From NCBI GenBank assembly GCA_964607415.1, contig CAZSKK010000001.1:4190-68189 (forward strand): DNA of 64,000 nt, given 5' to 3'. Position numbers and translations under genes: made by a program. Under the pieces are notes generated by a model, which searched no databases, was not told where the DNA came from, and was given only the letters and a program-made list of their open reading frames with translations. Origin of the DNA: an uncultured Candidatus Saccharibacteria bacterium (GTDB taxonomy: Bacteria; Patescibacteriota; Dojkabacteria; J137). This document shows, in pieces, positions 47,121 through 56,494 of the stretch; position 1 is the first letter of the stretch, and every line of letters starts with the position of its first letter.

Positions 47121-48557
47121 ATGATAAAAGCAACAAATTTAAAAATAGAATACAGTAAATTAATATTTCAAAACGTAACTTTTAAACTTGGAAACAAAGA
47201 AAAAGTTGGACTTGTAGGACTTAACGGCTGCGGCAAGTCTACTCTACTTAAAATCCTTGTTGGATTGGAACCTCAAGACGAAGGTACCGTTGAACTTGTT
47301 AATGAAAAAATAGCTTATCTTCCTCAAGAATATTCTTTTGAAAAAGATTTATTAATTGGCGAAGTTCTGGAAAGTTTAGTGGAAAATCAACACGAAATCT
47401 ACAAAGTTAATAAAGTTTTGGGAAAGTTAAAATTTGAACCTGACTGGTACCAAACTGTTGATACCTTAAGCCATGGACAAAAAATGAAGCTTTATTTGGC
47501 AAAGCTTTTGGTGCAAAATCCTACAATATTACTTTTAGATGAACCTACAAATCACTTGGATATTGAAGGCATTTTATGGCTTGAAGAATTTATTAAAAAC
47601 TTCGGTGGAATTTGCATAATAATCTCTCACGATAGAGCTTTTTTAAATGCTGTAACAAATCGAATTTTCGAAATTGACGAGCAAAAATTAAATATCTTTG
47701 AAGGAAATTATGATGATTATTTAGAGCAAAAACATGATGCAATTGCAGCGCAAAGAACGCAATTTATTTTGCAAGAAAGAAGAAGGCAAAAGTTTGAACA
47801 AATGATTACGAATATCAAATCTGGAGCAGGTGGTGAAAAACAAGCCAGAGCTCTAAAAGCTGCACGTAAAAGAATGGATCGAGAAGTTTTATCAAATGAA
47901 GTTGATTTATATAAAGAATCAAAAATTAGTGATTTTAATATTTCTGGGCAAAACCATAAAACTAAGCTAATTATTAAAGTTAAAGATTTAGATTTTGGTT
48001 ATGCAAATGGTTCGTACTTGTTTGAAAAAGCAAATTTTGAAATGTATGGAAAAGAAAAAATCTGGTTTTATGGTGCCAATGGCATTGGAAAATCAACTTT
48101 AGTTAAGCTAATTGTGGGCGAGTTACAACCAACAAGCGGTACAGTAAAAATTGGCGAAAACCTAAAATATACTTACTTTGCTCAGGATCAAAAACATGTA
48201 AATTATGATCAAACTGTAGAAGAATTTTTCTTAAAAAATACAGATGTAAGTTACAGCGGATCGTTTGGTATTTTAGAAAAATTCTTGTTTACTAAAGATA
48301 TGCGTAATAAAAAAATTGCAAAGTTAAGCCCGGGACAAAGAGCCAGATTAACCTTTGCTGTTTTTGCTCAAAAAGAATACGACTTTATGATTTTGGATGA
48401 GCCTACAAATCATTTGGATATTAAATCTAAAGAAGTGATTGAAACTGCTTTGCGGGAATACCAGGGCGCATTTTTACTAATTTCGCATGATAGATATTTT
48501 GTGGAAAGTATTGGAGTTGATAGAGCAATTACGATTAAAAACAATAAGGTCGTTTGA
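47121..48557 (+). CDS. ABC-F family ribosome-associated ATPase
   Basis: Two NBDs (GLNGCGKST, LS.GQ, LLLDEPTNHLD, ISHDR; GANGIGKST, LSPGQ, LDEPTNHLD, ISHDRYF), GNYDDY linker, no TM. Confidence 0.95.
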   Translation: MIKATNLKIEYSKLIFQNVTFKLGNKEKVGLVGLNGCGKSTLLKILVGLEPQDEGTVELVNEKIAYLPQEYSFEKDLLIGEVLESLVENQHEIYKVNKVLGKLKFEPDWYQTVDTLSHGQKMKLYLAKLLVQNPTILLLDEPTNHLDIEGILWLEEFIKNFGGICIIISHDRAFLNAVTNRIFEIDEQKLNIFEGNYDDYLEQKHDAIAAQRTQFILQERRRQKFEQMITNIKSGAGGEKQARALKAARKRMDREVLSNEVDLYKESKISDFNISGQNHKTKLIIKVKDLDFGYANGSYLFEKANFEMYGKEKIWFYGANGIGKSTLVKLIVGELQPTSGTVKIGENLKYTYFAQDQKHVNYDQTVEEFFLKNTDVSYSGSFGILEKFLFTKDMRNKKIAKLSPGQRARLTFAVFAQKEYDFMILDEPTNHLDIKSKEVIETALREYQGAFLLISHDRYFVESIGVDRAITIKNNKVV

Positions 48558-48577
48558 CGTAAGACAACTGATGCAAT

Positions 48578-48646
48578 TTCCTCTCCATAGTGAATGAAAT
48601 GAAAGGATGGAGAGGGTGGTTTGAGCTTTGCTCAAACCGGGTGAGG
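48578..48646. repeat. REP-like element of the DUF559-associated family
   Basis: cctctccat..atggagagg then ggtttgagc-ttt-gctcaaacc and gggtgagg. Confidence 0.75.
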
Positions 48647-48660
48647 ATTAAAACTAAGCA

Positions 48661-48984
48661 CTAGCTAAAAAACAAAATCTCAACCACATCAATTGTGGGT
48701 GTTTCGTAAGGATGCACTTTTTTGATGGCTTTTAAAACAACCTCAAGCTTATCTTTCGGAAGAATCATCTCTACTTTGTCTTCAGGCTCTCTAAATAATT
48801 TGCCAACTGATCCAATAAAAGGATTGGCAGATTCGCTGGACTTATAGTTCCCAAGACCTTTTGTAATAAATGCACAGTGTGTGTAGTTGCCAACAATTCC
48901 AGCGCCGGCTTTACTCATTTCATCAATCAAAATGTCAGTGTGAGATTCAGGAACAGTAACGAAGATTTTGTAAATTTTTTCCAT
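48661..48984 (-). CDS. YqfO/NIF3 middle-domain-like (PII-like) protein
   Basis: K..V.VP..AGAG..GNY..C.F..G.G, ANPFIG, E.KVE, VHPYE.P. Confidence 0.88.
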   Translation of the reverse strand: MEKIYKIFVTVPESHTDILIDEMSKAGAGIVGNYTHCAFITKGLGNYKSSESANPFIGSVGKLFREPEDKVEMILPKDKLEVVLKAIKKVHPYETPTIDVVEILFFS

Positions 48985-49082
48985 AGAATAATTATATTAA
49001 TCAAAAGAATAAAATGCAAAGAAACAGTTGAAAAATTTCTAATTACGTAGCAATATTATAGGATATACTTTAATAGTTATTT

Positions 49083-49556
49083 ATGAAAACATTAATTATC
49101 TATAAATCAAAATGGGGTGCAACAGAACAATACGCCAAATGTCTTGCAGAGGAGTTAACTGGTTCAATATTAAAATCCGTAGATGATGTGCTAGAGCCAG
49201 ATTTGAATGATGCTGATTTAATAATTTTAGGAAGCAGAACATATATTGGCCAAATCCAAATTGTTTCTTTTATTAAAAAGCATTGGCATATTTTAAAGAC
49301 AAAAAAACTTTATTTATTTAGTGTTGGAATTATTCCGTGGGAAAAACCAGATGCTAAAAAAGCTTTTGAAGCTATTCCTGAAGAAATTAGATCTTCTCTT
49401 CTAGGACATAGAAAGCTTCCAGGAAGAATTGATATGAATAAGCTTAATTTTTTACAAAAAATGATGGTTAAAGCCCAAAAGTCTGGAAATGTTGATAAAG
49501 TTGATAGAAAAGAGTTGGAAGTTGTTAAGGATGACTTAAAGAAGTTGCTAATATAG
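49083..49556 (+). CDS. Flavodoxin-domain protein (HemG-like)
   Basis: IIY.SKWG.T..YA, D.IILGS..Y.G, LF.VG, GR.D..KL. Confidence 0.85.
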   Translation: MKTLIIYKSKWGATEQYAKCLAEELTGSILKSVDDVLEPDLNDADLIILGSRTYIGQIQIVSFIKKHWHILKTKKLYLFSVGIIPWEKPDAKKAFEAIPEEIRSSLLGHRKLPGRIDMNKLNFLQKMMVKAQKSGNVDKVDRKELEVVKDDLKKLLI

Positions 49557-49609
49557 GAACGTTTTTCTCACACATGAATGTAGTTGGGGGAAAGTTTGGA
49601 AATAACTCC

Positions 49610-49652
49610 ATTCGACAGCATAATATGCTGTCTCACCCTCTCAAGAGGGGAG
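49610..49652. repeat. 19-bp palindrome plus ccctct-caa-gagggg hairpin
   Basis: gacagcataatatgctgtc at 49614-49632. Confidence 0.8.
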
Positions 49653-49717
49653 ATGGAACATTCCGATAACTCGCCAAACCCGTAAACTCGTTAACCCGCT
49701 AACTCGTAAACTGGCCT

Positions 49718-50851
49718 CTACACAAACTCCATTGCAACAGTATTTTCCAAATCCATTCCTTTTTCAGAAAGCTTGAAGGAGACATCATCAATTTCAACTA
49801 AATTCTTGCTTTTCAAATCTCTAATCTCTTTTTTAAACAAATCCTTAAAGTTGTGTCCGAATTTATTCTTAAATTTAGAAAGGTTCATGCCGTCCATTAA
49901 TCTCAAATGCAAAATTATATATTCTTTTATTGCTTGCTTTTCTGAAATATCAATAACATTTTCTTTGTATTCTCGATTAAACAAAACTCCAGCCGCATAT
50001 TTTTCGACGCTATAAATATTATTAAAACGTTGGTTTTTAAAATATGAATGTGCGGATGCTCCAATTCCCAAGTACTCTTCTCCACCCCACACCGAAAGAT
50101 TATGTTTGCTTTCAAATCCAGGCTTTGCAAAATTGGAAATTTCGTAGTGTTTGTAGCCAGCTTTTTCAAGTTTTTCTTTTGCAATTTCGTACATTTGCCG
50201 GTCGAGTCCTTCTTCTAATCTTTTAAATCTACCTTGCTTTTCAAGAATTCCGAAAATTGATTCCTGATCCACTTCCAAACTATATGTAGAAATATGATTT
50301 GGTTTAAGTTTTATTACGTTATCAACACTTTCTTCCCAGTTTTGAATAGTTTGATTGGGAATGCCAAAAATTAAATCAAGGTTAATATTTTTAAAGCCTG
50401 ACTTGATTACCCTATCATAACTTTGCAAAAATTCTTCAATGGTATAAAGCCTTCCAAGATACTTTAGCATTTCATTCTGCCAGGCTTGTAAGCCAATACT
50501 AATTCTTGATATTCCTGAATCTAAATATGTTTGAAGCTTATCGCTGGTTAAATTTTCTGGATTTGTTTCAATAGAAATATCTAAATCTTTACTAACTTCA
50601 AAGTTATTTTTAATTAGTTCAACAATATCCTTTATGTACTTGGCATCAACAAGCGATGGAGTTCCACCTCCAAAGTAAATTGTTTTAACATAGTGATTTT
50701 TTAGATCTTTTTTGTAATCCAAAATCTCTTTATGAAGTGCTTTAAAGTATGCGGGTAGTTCGGGAGTACGGCCAGCAACAATAAAGAAGTTACAATAGCG
50801 GCATTTTGCTTTACAGTATGGAATGTGGATGTAGAGGTTGATTGGCTGCAT
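49718..50851 (-). CDS. hemW: Radical SAM heme chaperone HemW
   Basis: LYIHIPYCxxxCxYC, YFGGGTPS, E.NP, RISIG.Q, DLIFG.P.Q, YEISNF, HN..W, G.GA.AHS. Confidence 0.92.
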   Translation of the reverse strand: MQPINLYIHIPYCKAKCRYCNFFIVAGRTPELPAYFKALHKEILDYKKDLKNHYVKTIYFGGGTPSLVDAKYIKDIVELIKNNFEVSKDLDISIETNPENLTSDKLQTYLDSGISRISIGLQAWQNEMLKYLGRLYTIEEFLQSYDRVIKSGFKNINLDLIFGIPNQTIQNWEESVDNVIKLKPNHISTYSLEVDQESIFGILEKQGRFKRLEEGLDRQMYEIAKEKLEKAGYKHYEISNFAKPGFESKHNLSVWGGEEYLGIGASAHSYFKNQRFNNIYSVEKYAAGVLFNREYKENVIDISEKQAIKEYIILHLRLMDGMNLSKFKNKFGHNFKDLFKKEIRDLKSKNLVEIDDVSFKLSEKGMDLENTVAMEFV

Positions 50852-50865
50852 AATTATTCAAATTC

Positions 50866-51168
50866 TTAAGAAAGGTCTAACTGGTTTAGTATTTGATTTA
50901 CTCTATCTTCACTTAAAGCCCCAATAAATTCACCAAGCTGGGTTTTATTTATTGTAAGTGTAGTGTAAGTTTCAACAATACTTTGTTTGGGAAGATTTCC
51001 TTCGCCAGCTTCTAAAACTATAATTTGGGGCATATTCAGTTTTTTCATGTTTGTTGTTATGCCGCAAACTAGCAAAGAATCGTCTTCGTTAACTTTTACG
51101 GCCACGTATGGATGGGAAAATTTACTTTCAGTTTTTAGCCAGTAGATGGAGCCGTGTGTAATTTCCAT
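50866..51168 (-). CDS. PemK/MazF-like toxin domain protein
   Basis: G.IYW..HP.V.V, V..ITTN, GNLPKQS.V, T..K..L..IG.LS. Confidence 0.75.
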   Translation of the reverse strand: MEITHGSIYWLKTESKFSHPYVAVKVNEDDSLLVCGITTNMKKLNMPQIIVLEAGEGNLPKQSIVETYTTLTINKTQLGEFIGALSEDRVNQILNQLDLS

Positions 51169-51197
51169 TAGATTAGAAGTTTATATGATTTATCAAA

Positions 51198-52082
51198 TTA
51201 ATCCATTAATTCTATGAGCTTATTATAATTTGTATCTATAAATTCTGACAAATTCTCTTTAAAACCAAAAAATAGAATTCTTAGCACGTGCCCTAAATAA
51301 TACAGATTCTCCCTTTCTTGTTCTACTTTACCCATATTTAGAAACTCATGGTACATTTCAAGCATTTGCTTGTTATCATCAATTAAAAATAACCTTATTC
51401 TTGAAAAGTCATATAAAGGATCACCAAAATTTGCATCCGACCAATCAATAAATGCTTTAATCTGATTATCATCAATAATTATATTCCCACCGTGAATATC
51501 TGAGTGTAGCAGGGAATATTCTTTAGGTTCGGCTAATACTAAAATTGATTTATTAATTTTTTGGAGTGCACTATTAATTAAGCCTCCATCAAATCTTTTA
51601 TTTTGAATTAATTCCGTCCATTTATAATAAGGATGATCAATTTTATATTTTAAGGAAAAAAATTCTTTCCAACTCATGCCTTTACCTTTATATACCATCT
51701 CAAAATCACCAGCTAGATTTTCTTTTACTTTGTGTATGTCAGAAGTTATTTCTAAAATTCTTGGCAGGTATTTAATTACTGAATCTTTTTGTACAGTATC
51801 TAGTAATTTTCCTTCAACAAATTCAAATATTGCAATTTTATCTTCTACTGAGTAGCTAATAACCTTTGGGGCTGGAATTAAAATATTTTGATTTTTAATC
51901 TTATTCAAAACCAGAGCATCTACAACTGCATTGTAATCTGCTTTACAAATATATTTTTTGCCTTCCAAAGTTTTAAAGGTAAACACAATATGGTCATATC
52001 CAGATTTTGGAATTGTGATCTCTCCAATTTTAGTATTTAGAAGCTTTTCAGTTTTCGTAATAATTCTATCCGGGATAGTCAT
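51198..52082 (-). CDS. Aminoglycoside phosphotransferase-like kinase
   Basis: P.PKV, LLHSDIHGGNII, FIDWSDA.FGDPLYD. Confidence 0.88.
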   Translation of the reverse strand: MTIPDRIITKTEKLLNTKIGEITIPKSGYDHIVFTFKTLEGKKYICKADYNAVVDALVLNKIKNQNILIPAPKVISYSVEDKIAIFEFVEGKLLDTVQKDSVIKYLPRILEITSDIHKVKENLAGDFEMVYKGKGMSWKEFFSLKYKIDHPYYKWTELIQNKRFDGGLINSALQKINKSILVLAEPKEYSLLHSDIHGGNIIIDDNQIKAFIDWSDANFGDPLYDFSRIRLFLIDDNKQMLEMYHEFLNMGKVEQERENLYYLGHVLRILFFGFKENLSEFIDTNYNKLIELMD

Positions 52083-52167
52083 AAAATATTCAATATGAAC
52101 TATGATTTCAGCTTGCTTATGTATAGCTCTTATAATAACATTATCTCATATAAGTTATAACAAATTC

Positions 52168-52659
52168 ATGGAAGCAGATTATCTTTACCGTTATGGAGCT
52201 ATTGCAATTATAGTTAAAGATGGAAAATTCCTTGTAATAAACGATATGGGTTTTAATCCAGGTGACTATGACTTTGTGGGTGGTGGAAGAGAAGGTAACG
52301 AAACCCCTGAAGAAAATTTATTTAGAGAAATACAAGAAGAAATAGGCTTAACATCAGAATCATTCCGATTAGTTGGTAAGAGCAAGCATCAAGTTAAATT
52401 TGATTTTAGTGGTGGTTTTAGAGAAATGGGAAATGTGAAGTATAAAGGTCAGATTAAAGACGCTTTTGTACTTGAGTTTTTAGGTGATGAAGAAGATATA
52501 AATCCTGCGCCGGATCAAGTAAGAAGCTACAAATGGGTAGATGCAAGTGAATTAAGTACACATTTAAATTTTAAAGGTCAACTGGAGAATGCAATGCGAA
52601 TAATCCAAGATGTTATTCCAGAATACCTTAGTGAGAATAAAGAGCAAAAATTGGTTTAA
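52168..52659 (+). CDS. NUDIX hydrolase (RppH-like)
   Basis: GGG.E.NET.E..REIQEEIG, KYKGQ..F, YKWV. Confidence 0.82.
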   Translation: MEADYLYRYGAIAIIVKDGKFLVINDMGFNPGDYDFVGGGREGNETPEENLFREIQEEIGLTSESFRLVGKSKHQVKFDFSGGFREMGNVKYKGQIKDAFVLEFLGDEEDINPAPDQVRSYKWVDASELSTHLNFKGQLENAMRIIQDVIPEYLSENKEQKLV

Positions 52660-53291
52660 TTTCCATTTAGCAATTTGTTAAAGAATTCGTATTCAAGTTT
52701 AGCTTGATAAACTTCAGTAAAAACATCTTCAAGTTTTTCGTTATGAATTCTTTTTAGGAGATTTAAAAGCGTATCAAAGTTTTTGTATTTAACTAATAAT
52801 TCTATTGCGTAACCAGATTCCTGGTAAACTCCATCCTCATGGAATTCTTGGCTGTTTAAAAACATTGAAAATTGGCCAGGGAATTTTTGTGAATTTTGAC
52901 CAGATGCATAAATTGCAACGCCTTCCCAAAGCCAGGTTGGGTAATATGTTGATTTGGTTATAATTTGGTAAAAACAATGTGCCATCTCGTGTTTGATTAG
53001 TTTGTAGTAATCATCTTCCTTGTATCTATCGCCTTTTTCCTTAATGTATGTTTGTTTATCTAGTACATAAAATTGATGAGAGCCAAATGTCCAGCCAGAC
53101 ATATTTGTATTGTCACGGTTTTGCCAATTGTTAACAGTATTTCTGTCTTCAACCAAAAGTAGTTTAGGTAAATTGCGCACCCAGTTTAGTTTAAACAGGT
53201 CGTTGAGTTCTTTAAAAGCTTTATCGTAAAGCTCGCTAAGCTCTGTAGATTGGATTGATTTTAGGGAGAAAATGTTGGTATTCATAAGCAT
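52656..53291 (-). CDS. Gluzincin (peptidase MA-like) protein
   Basis: HEMAH followed by P.WL.EG.A.Y. Confidence 0.8.
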   Translation of the reverse strand: MLMNTNIFSLKSIQSTELSELYDKAFKELNDLFKLNWVRNLPKLLLVEDRNTVNNWQNRDNTNMSGWTFGSHQFYVLDKQTYIKEKGDRYKEDDYYKLIKHEMAHCFYQIITKSTYYPTWLWEGVAIYASGQNSQKFPGQFSMFLNSQEFHEDGVYQESGYAIELLVKYKNFDTLLNLLKRIHNEKLEDVFTEVYQAKLEYEFFNKLLNGN

Positions 53292-53424
53292 GATTATAGG
53301 ACTAGATGGGGGGATTGTCGAGAAGAAGAAATTTTGACCCTACAGGTCTCAGCATCGAACTCTTTCTTCTTTGACCTCATAGAGTCGATTAAGTCCTTTG
53401 TACAATGGTTTTCGATAAATAATC

Positions 53425-53967
53425 TTAATCTAAATTTTTAGCTAAGTTATTTATTAAAAGATCACTATATGATTCAGAAATAAAATCACTTGGATTGATC
53501 TTCAATAAATGTTGAACAACTTTATGCTCTTCTTGGATTTTATCATAATCATCACCTTCTAAAACTTCACTTTCAAGCTCAACAAATAAACCTAAGTTTT
53601 TTACTTCATCAATATGAATAAATGTGTTCTCAAACTTGTACTTCTTTCTCTTTTTAGTCACTATTACTTTTACTCCTAATGATTGAGTAAGCATTTCTTT
53701 TAAACTATTGTAATCCTCAATATTCAATGTTTTATAAGTTGAAGTCTTAGAATCAGATAAATTCTCCCTTTCGTAGTAGATTAAAGCACCTCTTTTATTA
53801 TCTGAAATTCTCAGTTTCAATCTTCCATTAGGAGATTTGAAATAGTAATCTACCTGATCGCTAATCTTAATAAAGGTGGCATTATTATTGCTCAATATAT
53901 TTTTTAAAGATTCTAGATCTTGAATTCTAGCTTTTGTTTCAATATTTAGGTTCTGCATATTCAACAT
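53425..53967 (-). CDS. CYTH domain protein (class IV adenylate cyclase-like)
   Basis: NIETKAR, Q.D.YF..GRLKLR, V.K.R..Y, IH.D.V..LG.FVE.E, SY.DL. Confidence 0.9.
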   Translation of the reverse strand: MLNMQNLNIETKARIQDLESLKNILSNNNATFIKISDQVDYYFKSPNGRLKLRISDNKRGALIYYERENLSDSKTSTYKTLNIEDYNSLKEMLTQSLGVKVIVTKKRKKYKFENTFIHIDEVKNLGLFVELESEVLEGDDYDKIQEEHKVVQHLLKINPSDFISESYSDLLINNLAKNLD

Positions 53968-54086
53968 AATATTATAGATTATAAGCTAATCTATAGGTAT
54001 TTTTAACAATAATTTTCTACCTTTTGACAAAGAAATGTTAAACTCTTTGAATTATTATGATTCAGTAAAATTCTTATTTAAGACAT

Positions 54087-54794
54087 ATGGCACTGGCGAC
54101 GAAGAAGAAAGTATTAGTAATTGAAGATGACAAACTTTTGGCTGTAGTAATTCAAAAGAAGGTCGCTAAACTCGGCTATGACGTATTCATAGTTAATAAT
54201 GGGGATGATGGATATAGCAAAGCTATCTCCAATGAATATTCCTTGGTAATTTGTGATATTGCTTTACCTTCAACAACTTCTGAAATAACTAATGGATTTA
54301 CAATTGTAGAAAAAATGAAGCAAAAAGGTATGAAAACACCAATTATTATAATTACCGATAATGCTACAAAAGAGAATGAAATGAAAACATATGTAAATGG
54401 GGCTAATATATTCCATAAGAAAATTGACTATGATTTATTAGGAGTTCAAGTTATTTCTCTAATTGATTCTTACAAACTTCAATCAGAAATAGAAAGAGGT
54501 GATATTATTTTAGATCCTTCTAAGGAAACTTTTAAAAAAGCAGGAGTTATCTATGAACTTACTCGTAAAGAATTTATCCTGATGCTTATATTACTAAGTT
54601 CTCCAGGTGAAGTTTTTTCAAGAAGAGAAATTTTAAGTAAGTACGTTACTAGAATGAATAGTGAAGAGAGTTCAGTTGATACTCTAGTTAGTAGATTAAG
54701 AAGAAAGTTAGGGAAGTATAAGGGTGAAGAAGTTATTGAGACAATACATGGTAGAGGCTTTAGATTAAGTCTTAAATATTTAGAAACTAAATAA
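54087..54794 (+). CDS. OmpR/PhoB family response regulator
   Basis: VIEDD, CDIALP phospho-Asp, LT.KEF, V.SR..I, VDT.VSRLR.KL, IETI.G.G. Confidence 0.92.
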   Translation: MALATKKKVLVIEDDKLLAVVIQKKVAKLGYDVFIVNNGDDGYSKAISNEYSLVICDIALPSTTSEITNGFTIVEKMKQKGMKTPIIIITDNATKENEMKTYVNGANIFHKKIDYDLLGVQVISLIDSYKLQSEIERGDIILDPSKETFKKAGVIYELTRKEFILMLILLSSPGEVFSRREILSKYVTRMNSEESSVDTLVSRLRRKLGKYKGEEVIETIHGRGFRLSLKYLETK

Positions 54795-56148
54795 CCTGAT
54801 TAAATGCTAGTGTAAATTTAGTATATTTACCTAATTTACTTTCTACATCGACATCAGCTTTAAATTTTTCCTGCATGGTGCTTTTTACAAAAGCTAATCC
54901 TAAACCCAAATTATAGTGAGTATGTTTTTGCGAATAATCTTCTTCAAATACTTTCTCTAAATATTCTTTTGGAATACCACGCCCATTATCTAAGATTTCT
55001 ATCTGAACTTTATTATTACGATTTAATAATCTAATTTTAATAACGCCTTCATAATCAACACTTTTTAGCTCCTCTATCGCATTTACAAGTATATTTATTA
55101 GAATTCTTTCATATAAACTTACTACTCCTTTAATTCTGAATTCTACATCCTCAATCTCTAACTCAATTTTTATTTTGTTAGAGCTAAATTCATTATTTAA
55201 AATCTTGATTACTCGTTCAAGGTGATCTTTAGGGTTGAATGTTTGTACTAAATCCTTACCTCTCATTATCTCTTTACTTTCATAAATTATTTCGTTTATG
55301 TGTGTCAAAGATTCGATAGCAAGACTTATTAACTCTTCATCATATTCCTTAGTATCATTTAAAATCTCTAAAGTACCTTTCAAACCACTAAAAGGAGTAG
55401 TTAAGTCATGTAGTAAAGGCTTAGCTATACTACCAATAACAGATGTATCATACATTGTTTCAATTTGTTTATTGAAGTTATCTTGAAGAGTTTTTGTTCT
55501 TGCTTTGATGATCTCTTCTAGCTTGGTATTCATATCTTCTAATTTCTGTGCATACTTAAAAGCACTATCATAGTAAGTTTGCATTTTATGGAATGAGATA
55601 TGAATTAATTTTAAGACTACAAATAATAGTGTAAAGATCATAATCGCTGAATTAAAGTTTGGAGGTTCGGTATCTGGTGTATAAGGGACTACGCCCTGAA
55701 TTTGAAGGTAAGTTATAAACGACATCCATCCAAGCATTATTATGAAATAGATAATTGCTACTTTAAATCCTAATACAACCATTATCGACATAAGGGTAAT
55801 TACTACTACGATGTTAAGTGTTGACATATCTATTCCATAAAGACTCGTAGAAAATAATATTGTAATTGTTAGTATTATCACCTGTATAAACATGAAGATT
55901 CGATAATTCTTAAACGTGATTTTAATTCTAAGAATCATTAAGGCTACATTTATAAGCACTACAAAGATGAATGCCATGATTTGAGGTTGTTTATTGAATT
56001 CATAATCATTTGCAATCCAATTTCTAAGATAAATACCTAAAGCAACTAACGCAATACAAATGAGAACATCATAAATGAATCTGACAACTTCAAACCTTAC
56101 TTTATCGAGTTCTTTTGTATATTTTTTATAATGTTGTTTATTTTTCAT
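54787..56148 (-). CDS. Membrane sensor histidine kinase
   Basis: About 5-6 TM helices, H box HDLTTP, N box NILVNA, DNGRGI, GLGL. Confidence 0.92.
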   Translation of the reverse strand: MKNKQHYKKYTKELDKVRFEVVRFIYDVLICIALVALGIYLRNWIANDYEFNKQPQIMAFIFVVLINVALMILRIKITFKNYRIFMFIQVIILTITILFSTSLYGIDMSTLNIVVVITLMSIMVVLGFKVAIIYFIIMLGWMSFITYLQIQGVVPYTPDTEPPNFNSAIMIFTLLFVVLKLIHISFHKMQTYYDSAFKYAQKLEDMNTKLEEIIKARTKTLQDNFNKQIETMYDTSVIGSIAKPLLHDLTTPFSGLKGTLEILNDTKEYDEELISLAIESLTHINEIIYESKEIMRGKDLVQTFNPKDHLERVIKILNNEFSSNKIKIELEIEDVEFRIKGVVSLYERILINILVNAIEELKSVDYEGVIKIRLLNRNNKVQIEILDNGRGIPKEYLEKVFEEDYSQKHTHYNLGLGLAFVKSTMQEKFKADVDVESKLGKYTKFTLAFNQVI

Positions 56149-56151
56149 ATT

Positions 56152-56180
56152 AAAAAAGGATCTCTTTGAGGAGATCCTTT
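56152..56180 (-). terminator. Intrinsic terminator directly upstream of the histidine kinase start (attenuator)
   Basis: Minus strand AAAGGATCTC-CTCAAA-GAGATCCTTTTTT, then AAT and the ATG. Confidence 0.8.
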
Positions 56181-56207
56181 ACAAAAATACTGCTGATAAG
56201 AAAATAA

Positions 56208-56276
56208 TTAATCTAGCCTAAAAGTATTTACTGGAATCTCCAGGACGGTAAAAGTACGTTGCTTATTCTTTTTCAT
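56208..56276 (-). CDS. Putative leader peptide MKKNKQRTFTVLEIPVNTFRLD
   Basis: 22 codons plus TAA; internal GGAGATTCC..AAATACT can pair with AGTATTT..GGATCTCC at the terminator 5' arm. Confidence 0.55.
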   Translation of the reverse strand: MKKNKQRTFTVLEIPVNTFRLD

Positions 56277-56494
56277 ATTATGGATATTAAAATTTTCAAG
56301 ATATTATCACTTTCTGTTTGACAAAACCTTTACAAAAAGAACATATTCACTTGACAGGGATTATATCATGCAGCCGGAAACATTGTACAGTAAAGGATAT
56401 TAGAGAATATAGGTGTCAAGAAGTGGTGACAAATTATTAAGAAAATATAAAATTGAGTTTTCCTTTAAGTAATGCATTATAGATTACCTTATAA

